From the NCBI GenBank assembly GCA_043826565.1, contig JBDRPX010000025.1, positions 36,966 through 100,965 of the forward strand: a stretch of 64,000 nucleotides of DNA, read 5' to 3'. The stretch comes from Candidatus Omnitrophota bacterium. Its GTDB lineage: Bacteria; Omnitrophota; Gorgyraeia; B26-G9. Position 1 is the stretch's first letter. Each line of letters opens with the position of its first letter. The position numbers and the translations under genes were made by a program. Positions 56,515-64,000 of the stretch are shown piece after piece. A model generated the notes under the pieces. It was given only the letters and a program-made list of their open reading frames with translations, ran no database searches and was not told the DNA's origin.

Positions 56515-57331
56515 GAAATTATTAAAAAGAATTCTTACCGCAACAAGTATAGTTTTATTTGTTATCTTTGGCTTATTTTTCCTGCCGTTATTCTTTTATG
56601 CCGGGGTAGTTACTTTTTTAATCGGGGTGGGATTGTATGAATTCTATAGCCTGATTGAAAAGAAAGGAATTTTTATTTACAAGTATTTTGGAATTCTGGT
56701 CGGCGTGTTAATCCCGCTGAGCATTTATTTCCGCTTTGAGCCGACCAAGGGGTGGGAGCTGTTTTTTATTGTTACCGCAACTCTGATTTTTTTTGTTTTA
56801 CAGTTTATCCGCAAAGATAGTTCGCAGGCAATAGTCGGAATCTCCACTACTTTTTTTGGTATTTTTTATGTTAGCTGGTTTTTTTCTTTTCTTATTAAGA
56901 TACGGTTTTTACCTCAGGGTATGTATTTGGCGGCTTTTTTGCTCTTAGTAACCAAAATTGGTGATGTCGGAGCATATGTTATGGGTAAGATATTCGGTAA
57001 AAATTTATTAATCACCCGCATAAGCCCAAAAAAGACTTTAGAAGGAGCTGTCGGGGGATTGTTGTTTAGTGTTTGCGCGGCATTATTAAGTAAATTGTAT
57101 CTCCCGGAGATTTCCTTGATTCACCTTGTGGCCATGGGAGCGCTTATCGGATTACTCGCGCAAATAGGAGATTTATGTGAATCACTCATAAAACGTGATT
57201 GCGGGGTCAAAGACAGCGGTAACTATTTACCCGGGCTTGGAGGAGTGCTGGATATTATTGACAGCATAATTTTTACCAGTCCAATTTTTTATTTTTATTT
57301 AATCCATTTCAACTTGATTAAACAAATATAA
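56504..57331 (+). CDS. cdsA: Phosphatidate cytidylyltransferase
   Basis: DVGAY, ISPKKTLEG, GDLCESLIKR, KDSG..LPGLGGVLD; ATG 56504. Confidence 0.93.
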   Translation: MENKKLLKRILTATSIVLFVIFGLFFLPLFFYAGVVTFLIGVGLYEFYSLIEKKGIFIYKYFGILVGVLIPLSIYFRFEPTKGWELFFIVTATLIFFVLQFIRKDSSQAIVGISTTFFGIFYVSWFFSFLIKIRFLPQGMYLAAFLLLVTKIGDVGAYVMGKIFGKNLLITRISPKKTLEGAVGGLLFSVCAALLSKLYLPEISLIHLVAMGALIGLLAQIGDLCESLIKRDCGVKDSGNYLPGLGGVLDIIDSIIFTSPIFYFYLIHFNLIKQI

Positions 57332-57332
57332 T

Positions 57333-58484
57333 ATGAAAAAAATTTCCATTCTCGGATCAACCGGTTCCATTGGAACAAATACGCTGGAAGTCATAAAACA
57401 TCGGGCTTCTGATTTCCAGGTTATCGGATTAAGTGCTTATAATAATGTCCGGCTTTTAGCAAAACAGATAAGGGAGTTTAAGCCGAAATTGGTTAGTGTA
57501 AAGGACAAAGAGAGTCTTCGTAAATTGGCAGATCTGACTGATCTAACAAAAATTAAGGCTTATACTCAAGATGAAGGTTTGTCCAAGATCGCTACTCATC
57601 GGGAATCACAGGTGGTTGTTGTGGCGACATCAGGGACGATAAGCTTGATTCCGGCCTTAAGGGCTTTGGAAATGGGCAAAACCATCGCCTTGGCTAATAA
57701 AGAGCCTTTGGTAATGGCTGGTGAGATTGTTATGGATACGGTACGCAGATGTAAAGGAACGATTATTCCTGTGGATTCTGAGCACAGTGCGGTATTTCAG
57801 TGTTTAAAGCAGGAAAACTCCCGGGAAGTAAAAAATATATATCTTACCGGATCCGGCGGCCCGTTCAGGGAGTTTTCTCAGCAAAAGTTAAAAACAGTTA
57901 CCCGGGAAATGGCCTTAAATCATCCCAAATGGAAAATGGGGAAGAAGATCACCATAGACTCAGCGACATTGATGAATAAGGGGCTGGAGATTATTGAAGC
58001 CAGATGGCTTTTTGACATCCCGGCGGAAAAGATAAAGGTAGTTATACATCCGGAAGCGGTTATACACTCTATGGTTGAATTTTGTGACGGATCGGTTTTA
58101 GCCCAGATGGGAATTACGGACATGCGTTTGCCTATACAGTATGCGCTGGATTATCCGTATCGCTGTTTGAACCGGTTGCCGGGAGTTGATTTTTTTAAAA
58201 TCAAGAAGCTTAATTTTTCCCGGCCCGATAAGGAAAAATTCCCTTGTCTGGGGCTGGCTTTAAAGGTTGCCGCCGAAGGCGGCAGCAGCGGCAGTGTTAT
58301 GAATGCGGCCAATGAGATTGCCGTAGAAGCATTTTTAGCTGAGAAGATCGGTTATCATGACATATTTAAAGTAATTCAGAAAGTACTCAAAAAACATAAA
58401 CGTATAAAACATCCGACACTGGATGAGATATTTATATGTGACGATTGGGCGAGAAGGGAGGCGCGTTTATTTTGTTATCATTAA
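57333..58484 (+). CDS. dxr: 1-deoxy-D-xylulose-5-phosphate reductoisomerase
   Basis: LGSTGSIG, LANKE, PVDSEH, GSGGPFR, HPKWKMGKKITIDSAT. Confidence 0.96.
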   Translation: MKKISILGSTGSIGTNTLEVIKHRASDFQVIGLSAYNNVRLLAKQIREFKPKLVSVKDKESLRKLADLTDLTKIKAYTQDEGLSKIATHRESQVVVVATSGTISLIPALRALEMGKTIALANKEPLVMAGEIVMDTVRRCKGTIIPVDSEHSAVFQCLKQENSREVKNIYLTGSGGPFREFSQQKLKTVTREMALNHPKWKMGKKITIDSATLMNKGLEIIEARWLFDIPAEKIKVVIHPEAVIHSMVEFCDGSVLAQMGITDMRLPIQYALDYPYRCLNRLPGVDFFKIKKLNFSRPDKEKFPCLGLALKVAAEGGSSGSVMNAANEIAVEAFLAEKIGYHDIFKVIQKVLKKHKRIKHPTLDEIFICDDWARREARLFCYH

Positions 58485-59563
58485 TAGCTTTTATTTTTGT
58501 TTTAAGTGTTTTAGTAATTGTGCATGAGTTTGGTCATTTTATTATTGCCAAAGCGATGAAAGTTCGTGTGGAAACATTTTCTATTGGCTTCGGTAAAAAA
58601 CTTTTTAGTTTTAAATGGGCAGATACCGAGTATCGGGTTTCCGCTATTCCTTTAGGCGGATATGTAAAAATGGCCGGAGACAATCCTGAAGAAAAAAGAG
58701 AGGGAGAGAAATGGGAGTTTTTGTCTAAGTCGTTAGGGAAGCGCGCGGCAATTGTTGCGGCCGGGCCGATTTTTAATTATGTATTTGCTTTCCTTGTGTT
58801 TAGCCTTGTTTTTTTTATCGGCTTTGCTGTCCCCCGGGCTACTATCGGTGATATTACCGATGGATATCCCGCGCAGATTGCCGGTTTGCAAGCAGGTGAT
58901 AAGATTCTTTCTATTGATGGAGTTGATGTTTCCACATGGGAGGAAATGTCTTCAATAATACACCAGAAGACGGAAAATAAAGAAGTGGCATTTAATGTGC
59001 AGCGTGGGGATAAATTAATGTTCTTGAATATTGTGCCTAAGGTTATCGAGGATAAAAATTTATTAGGAGATACTGTGAAAGTAGGCTTGATTGGGATAGC
59101 TCCCTCTGAAGATGTCATGTTTGTGCGTTTTGGCCCGGGAGAATCAGTGTTAAGAGGAGCCGGACAGGTTTGGACAGTTACTCAGGTAACGTATAAGGTA
59201 TTGTTTAGAGTCATTACCGGAAAGATGTCGGCAAGGGCTTCTCTAACCGGGCCTATCGGGATATTCAAGATTACCGGAGAGGCGGCAAAAATGGGGTTTA
59301 CCTACCTTTTGCAGATGATGGCATTGCTTAGTGTGAGCCTGGCGATTATTAATCTTTTTCCGATTCCGGTTCTTGACGGAGGGCATCTGGTTTTTATGAT
59401 TGTTGAAAAAATTAAGGGAAAGCCGGTAAGTGTTAAATCGCAGGAAATAGCATCTCGAATTGGGTTTTCATTACTTATTGCCTTAATGATGTTTACTTTT
59501 TATAATGACTTGATGCAGTATGGTTTTTTTGATAAGGCTTTTAAGTTTTTTGGCGGGAAGTAA
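58472..59563 (+). CDS. rseP: RIP metalloprotease RseP
   Basis: HEFGH, FSIGFG, PLGGYVKM, PDZ domain, NLFPIPVLDGGH; TTG 58472 after GGAGG. Confidence 0.93.
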   Translation: MLSLIAFIFVLSVLVIVHEFGHFIIAKAMKVRVETFSIGFGKKLFSFKWADTEYRVSAIPLGGYVKMAGDNPEEKREGEKWEFLSKSLGKRAAIVAAGPIFNYVFAFLVFSLVFFIGFAVPRATIGDITDGYPAQIAGLQAGDKILSIDGVDVSTWEEMSSIIHQKTENKEVAFNVQRGDKLMFLNIVPKVIEDKNLLGDTVKVGLIGIAPSEDVMFVRFGPGESVLRGAGQVWTVTQVTYKVLFRVITGKMSARASLTGPIGIFKITGEAAKMGFTYLLQMMALLSVSLAIINLFPIPVLDGGHLVFMIVEKIKGKPVSVKSQEIASRIGFSLLIALMMFTFYNDLMQYGFFDKAFKFFGGK

Positions 59564-59569
59564 TTTTTG

Positions 59570-60634
59570 ATGAAAATAAAAAGAAGAAAAACAAAAAAGA
59601 TATTTGTCGGGAATGTTGCTATTGGAGGCAATAGTCCTGTTTCCATTCAATCAATGACCAAAACCGACACCCGGAATGTTGAGGCGACGGTAAAACAGAT
59701 CAAGGAGCTGGAGCAGGCGGGTTGTGAGATTGTCCGGGTAGCGGTAGAAGATGAAAAAGCGGCCAAAGCTATTACCGGAATAAAAAAGAAAATATCAATA
59801 CCTTTGGTAGCGGACATTCATTTTCATTATAAACTGGCAATTAGCGCCATGGAAAATGGGGCGGATAAGATACGTCTTAATCCCGGCAATATCAAGAAAG
59901 CATCCCAGGTGGAAGAAGTAATTGCTTGTGCCAAAGCGCATCAGGTGCCGATAAGGATAGGGCTTAATTCCGGATCTGTGCAAAGGACATCAAGGAATGA
60001 TCTGGTAACAGATCTGGTTAATTCCGGGATGGGATATCTCAAAGAATTCAAAAAACTAAAATTCGATAAAATAATTTTTTCTTTAAAAGCGCCGGAAGTT
60101 ATAACTACCATCGAAGCATATCGGCGGATGTCAAAGCTTACGGATGCTCCGATGCATATCGGTGTTACGGCGACGGGACTGCCGCGGAGCGGTATTGTTA
60201 AATCAAGTGTGGCTTTAGGAGCATTACTGCTTGAGGGGATCGGCGATACTATGCGTGTTTCTTTGGCATCTGATCCGGTTGATGAAGTTATTGCGGCTAA
60301 GGAAATTCTTAAGTCGCTTAACTTACGCAATCCGGGCATTGAAGTGATATCCTGTCCGACTTGCGGCAGGTGCAAAATAAGTCTCATTAATCTGGTTAAA
60401 AAAATAGAGAAAAAACTTTCGATAGTTAATGATCAATATCCTCAGGCAAGATTAAAAGTCGCGGTTATGGGATGTGTTGTTAATGGTCCCGGAGAGGCTA
60501 AGGACGCGGATATCGGTATTGCCTGGGGCGGGAATGCCGGGATATTATTTAAAAAAGGTAAACAGATTAGATTATTAAAAGAAAAAGAATTGATGGATGT
60601 ATTATTAACGGAGGTAAGAAATGAGATGGTCTAA
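59570..60634 (+). CDS. ispG: 4-hydroxy-3-methylbut-2-en-1-yl diphosphate synthase
   Basis: QSMT, ADIHF, RLNPGN, GIGDT.RVSL, SCPTCGR, MGCVVNGPGEA. Confidence 0.95.
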   Translation: MKIKRRKTKKIFVGNVAIGGNSPVSIQSMTKTDTRNVEATVKQIKELEQAGCEIVRVAVEDEKAAKAITGIKKKISIPLVADIHFHYKLAISAMENGADKIRLNPGNIKKASQVEEVIACAKAHQVPIRIGLNSGSVQRTSRNDLVTDLVNSGMGYLKEFKKLKFDKIIFSLKAPEVITTIEAYRRMSKLTDAPMHIGVTATGLPRSGIVKSSVALGALLLEGIGDTMRVSLASDPVDEVIAAKEILKSLNLRNPGIEVISCPTCGRCKISLINLVKKIEKKLSIVNDQYPQARLKVAVMGCVVNGPGEAKDADIGIAWGGNAGILFKKGKQIRLLKEKELMDVLLTEVRNEMV

Positions 60635-62342
60635 TATGCTGCTTCCTACGCTTAAGGAGGTTCCGGCAGAAGCAGAAGCGATTAGTCATATTTTAATGAC
60701 TCGGGCAGGGTTGATTCGTAAACTTACTTCCGGAGTGTATTCTTATCTGCCGATTGGTTTTAGGGTATTAAAGAAGATTGAGGATATAATCAGGCAGGAG
60801 ATGAATAAAAAAGGTGCTCAGGAAGTACTATTGCCGGCAGTACAACCTGCGGAACTTTGGCAAAAGAGCGGGCGTTTTGAGGCTTTGGGTGAAGATATGA
60901 TTAAATTCACCGATAGACACGGTAAATTGAATATTCTCGGGCCGACACATGAAGAAGTTATTACAACTCTTATCAAGAATGAAGTCAGTTCATACCGGCA
61001 GATGCCTTTGATAATTTATCAGATCCAGACTAAGTTTCGGGATGAAGCGCGTCCGCGTTTTGGAGTTATCCGCTGTCGTGAATTTATTATGAAAGATGCT
61101 TATAGTTTTGACCGGGATACTTCCGGGCTTGATGAAAGTTACCAAAAAATGTATGATGCCTATTGCCGGATATTTAAGCGCTGTGGGCTGAACTGTATTC
61201 CGGTAGAAGCAGATCCCGGAATTATGGGCGGCAGTGCTTCTTGTGAATTTATGGTTTTGGCTAAAAGCGGAGAAGATAAAATTGTCCGTTGTAAAAAGTG
61301 TGGATATGCGGCAAGCATGGATAAGGCTGAGTGTGTTGAGCAAGCCGCAAGTCACAAGTCGCAGGTCGCAAGTTTCGAACAAATGCTAAAGGTGAAGACA
61401 CCGGGAGTGAGTACGGTCAAAGATGTTGCGGAATTTTTGGAAGTATCGCCGGATAAGCTTATAAAAACATTAGTATACATTAGTGACGGAAAGACTATTG
61501 CGGTACTTCTCCGGGGAGATCATGACCTTAATGAGGCCAAATTGATGCATGCTTTAAAAGCAAAGCATCTGAGTATGGCTGATGAGAGTACAATTGAACA
61601 AGCTACCAAAGGTCCCGTGGGATTTAGCGGACCGGTAGGGCTTGAGAACATTAAAATTATCGCGGATTTCTCCTTGCAATCCGGGCAGAATTGGATTGCC
61701 GGGGCCAATGCGGCAGATACCCACCTAAAGAATGTTAATGCGGATAGGGATTTTAAGGTATCTAATTGGGCGGATCTGCGCAATATTACAGAATCGGACA
61801 GCTGTTCCAAATGTGCCGGGGAGATCGAAATTTGTTTAGCTATTGAAGCGGGACATGTTTTTAAGCTGGGAACAAAATATACTGATAGTCTGGAGGCTAC
61901 TTTTTTAGATGAACAGGGAAAGGCATCAAAGATTATAATGGGATGCTATGGTATTGGGGTTACCAGAATAATCGCGGCAGCTATTGAGCAAAACAATGAC
62001 GAAAACGGAATTATTTGGCCTATGCAGATAGCGCCATTCCATGTTTTAATAATGCCTTTGAATCCTGAACATGATGGTTCTAAAAAAACAGCACAGGAGA
62101 TTTATAATCAGCTGACTCAGCAGGGCATAGAAGTATTGCTGGATGACCGCAATGTGAGGGCAGGGTTTAAATTTAAGGATGCGGATCTTATTGGAATACC
62201 GGTGCAGATTATTATTGGTGAAAAAAGTTTAGCGGAGAATTTAATAGAAGTGAAAATAAGGGAAACTGGCGAGCGTCTAAAAATTCCGGCAGATAAAGTT
62301 GTTCAAGAAGTGACGCAGAGGGTTAATAAAACATTTTATTAG
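60621..62342 (+). CDS. proS: Proline--tRNA ligase (with INS editing domain)
   Basis: GPTHEE, FRDEARPRFG, REFIMKDAYSF, GHVFKLG, MGCYGIG, anticodon-binding domain. Confidence 0.96.
   Translation: MRWSNMLLPTLKEVPAEAEAISHILMTRAGLIRKLTSGVYSYLPIGFRVLKKIEDIIRQEMNKKGAQEVLLPAVQPAELWQKSGRFEALGEDMIKFTDRHGKLNILGPTHEEVITTLIKNEVSSYRQMPLIIYQIQTKFRDEARPRFGVIRCREFIMKDAYSFDRDTSGLDESYQKMYDAYCRIFKRCGLNCIPVEADPGIMGGSASCEFMVLAKSGEDKIVRCKKCGYAASMDKAECVEQAASHKSQVASFEQMLKVKTPGVSTVKDVAEFLEVSPDKLIKTLVYISDGKTIAVLLRGDHDLNEAKLMHALKAKHLSMADESTIEQATKGPVGFSGPVGLENIKIIADFSLQSGQNWIAGANAADTHLKNVNADRDFKVSNWADLRNITESDSCSKCAGEIEICLAIEAGHVFKLGTKYTDSLEATFLDEQGKASKIIMGCYGIGVTRIIAAAIEQNNDENGIIWPMQIAPFHVLIMPLNPEHDGSKKTAQEIYNQLTQQGIEVLLDDRNVRAGFKFKDADLIGIPVQIIIGEKSLAENLIEVKIRETGERLKIPADKVVQEVTQRVNKTFY
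61341..61375. repeat. In-frame heptamer array CAAGTCN in proS
   Basis: CAAGCCG CAAGTCA CAAGTCG CAGGTCG CAAGTTT, encoding QAASHKSQVASF. Confidence 0.85.
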
Positions 62343-62373
62343 CAATTAAAATATGCTTTGTATGAAAAAAAAG

Positions 62374-62403
62374 TTGACATGAATGCGTTTTTGTGATAAA
62401 AAT
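62374..62403 (+). promoter_or_regulatory. Possible sigma70 promoter for pilM
   Basis: TTGACA-17 nt-TAAAAA(T); the -10 element is weak. Confidence 0.35.
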
Positions 62404-62471
62404 GTATTAAGTTGAATAAAGTCAAAACGATATGGAAAAAGGGACTTTATGAAAAGTAAACGGATTTAAAA

Positions 62472-64000
62472 ATGCTGACTTTTTACAGAAGCTCTGTCGG
62501 ACTATACATAGGTCCTAAAGCGGTGCAATTGGCACAGTTAAAAGCTGTGGCCGGTCGCATTCAGCTTGTTAATTTCGTCCACATAGATATCCTCGAGGAC
62601 GAGGTTAGTTCTGATTCTACTGACAAAGAAGCATTGATTGTCAGTGCTCTCCGAAAAGCTGTTAATAAAACAAAAATTAATTTAAAAAAGGTTAATAGCG
62701 TACTTATGCCGGGTATGGTGCTTTTGCGCTATTTTCAAATGCCGCGGATATCTGCCGAGGAAATGGAAGAAGCGGTGCGGTTTGAAGCCAGAAAATATAT
62801 CCCGTTTCGCTTAGAAGAAGCGGTTACGGGATTTTATATTTTAAAGGACGATCATGAAAAAAGGAAAGTCGGGATTCTTTCTTTGGTTACTAAAGAAGAA
62901 TCTATCAAGCACCACTTAACAATTTTAAATAAAGTAAGTATTAGTCCTATCGCGGTTGAAACAGCCTCATTTGCCCTTATCCGTCTTTTAGAATATTCAC
63001 AGGAAATAGAAAAGGAAAAATCAAACGTAGTTATTTATCTGTATGCGCATCGGGTAAATATTGTGATATTAAAAAATGGCGTTCCTTATTTTGTCCGGGA
63101 TATTTCCTTAGGCCGGAAAGAGGAATGGATAGATGATGCTACAGCAGAATTGCTTGTCGGTGAGGGTGGCGAGATGGGCGACACTCAAATGGCAGTTCTT
63201 AATAATCTTTTGAGCGAACTGCGGATTTCCTTTGAATATTACAAGAAAGAGCTGGGAAAAGATGAAATTAATAAAGTGATCCTTTGCGGGGATACTGATG
63301 ACTTTGATGATTTAGATGAGATTAAAGCAGCTGGTCAAGAAAAACCGGATGCCGATTGTGCCCTAGCTGTTTATTTGCAAACTAAGCTTGATTTACCGGT
63401 GGTTACAATAGATCCTCTTAAGAACATTCAGAGCCCTAAAGCGAAACCGCTGCCTTATACTTTCCCGATGCTGGCGATTACTGTTGGTGCGGGCTTAAGA
63501 AATCTTTCTAAATCTACAGTGGAAATAGATTTATTCAAGGCTCGCAAGAAACCCAGCATGCGTAAGAAGATTTTTATTAACAAAATGGTTATTGTCGAAA
63601 CTGTTGCTTTGCTGGTAAGTTTAGTGATTCTGTTTTTTAGTTTTTCAATTTTTGTTTCTCGGGAAAAGAGTTTACTGGAAAAAGAAAAACAAAATCGTCC
63701 TAAATTTATGGATTTAAGCCATTTTACCCAGGATCAGCTCAATGAAGGGGAAAAGCAGATTATTAGTAGAGTTGAAGTTTATAATAAATTAAAGGTTAAG
63801 AGAACCTATGTTACTCATAAATTGAATGCTTTGCCGAAACTTTTACCGGGATCAGTCTGGCTGACGGAATTTGTTTATAGTGATCTAAAGCAGCCGGGCA
63901 AAGGAAAGATGGAAGAAAAAAAGTTGTTGGAAATCAGCGGGAATGTGTATACCCCTCATAAAGGAACAGAAGTTGAAGTTATTAATGAGTTAGCTGAAGA
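62472..64000 (+). CDS. pilM: Type IV pilus assembly PilM-PilN fusion, 3'-partial
   Basis: Not in the ORF track because it has no stop in the window. Hand translation gives MLTFYRSSVGLYIG..EAVRFEARKYIPF..PYFVRDI..ELRISFEYY..VGAGLR, then IDLF, a TM helix and LPGSVWLTEF...LEISG (PilN-like), open to the window end. Confidence 0.85.
   Translation, partial: MLTFYRSSVGLYIGPKAVQLAQLKAVAGRIQLVNFVHIDILEDEVSSDSTDKEALIVSALRKAVNKTKINLKKVNSVLMPGMVLLRYFQMPRISAEEMEEAVRFEARKYIPFRLEEAVTGFYILKDDHEKRKVGILSLVTKEESIKHHLTILNKVSISPIAVETASFALIRLLEYSQEIEKEKSNVVIYLYAHRVNIVILKNGVPYFVRDISLGRKEEWIDDATAELLVGEGGEMGDTQMAVLNNLLSELRISFEYYKKELGKDEINKVILCGDTDDFDDLDEIKAAGQEKPDADCALAVYLQTKLDLPVVTIDPLKNIQSPKAKPLPYTFPMLAITVGAGLRNLSKSTVEIDLFKARKKPSMRKKIFINKMVIVETVALLVSLVILFFSFSIFVSREKSLLEKEKQNRPKFMDLSHFTQDQLNEGEKQIISRVEVYNKLKVKRTYVTHKLNALPKLLPGSVWLTEFVYSDLKQPGKGKMEEKKLLEISGNVYTPHKGTEVEVINELAE

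Noticed and set aside
1164-61810. Numerous 60-180 aa minus-strand and alternate-frame ORFs in the ORF track
   Set aside because: All overlap well-supported + strand genes and show no recognisable motifs; treated as shadow ORFs.
1-64000. tRNA, rRNA, transposase or integrase genes
   Set aside because: None recognised in the intergenic regions or ORFs by eye.

Overview
AT-rich bacterial window in which every credible gene is on the + strand; gene content and style suggest a PVC-superphylum or Omnitrophota-like anaerobe (inference only). About 1-47.5 kb is a very large surface-glycan locus: GT2/GT4 transferases, Wzx, two Wzy/WaaL-like proteins, two large GT-C-like membrane proteins, UDP-L-QuiNAc/L-FucNAc-type, UDP-xylose, CDP-3,6-dideoxyhexose/YerE-like, RmlA and ManC enzymes, four B12-binding radical SAM enzymes and five class I methyltransferase domains. 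Next come a c-di-GMP-I (GEMM)-type riboswitch with an unusual 78-nt two-hairpin insertion and a type IV pilin. These are followed by a ParA-CBM48 fusion, a degenerate MinD-like protein carrying a ParB-type activator peptide and a NucS-like protein, near DUF4912 and GH57 branching-enzyme genes (candidate glycogen-granule positioning system). The window ends with uppS-cdsA-dxr-rseP-ispG-proS and a truncated pilM-pilN fusion. A dispersed system of periodic repeats is superimposed: 7-bp arrays next to a four-helix-bundle gene remnant, in an intergenic inverted cassette and inserted in frame in a radical SAM gene and proS, plus two ~105-bp GATT/AATC inverted cassettes with conserved spacing. All calls are by eye, with no database searches.
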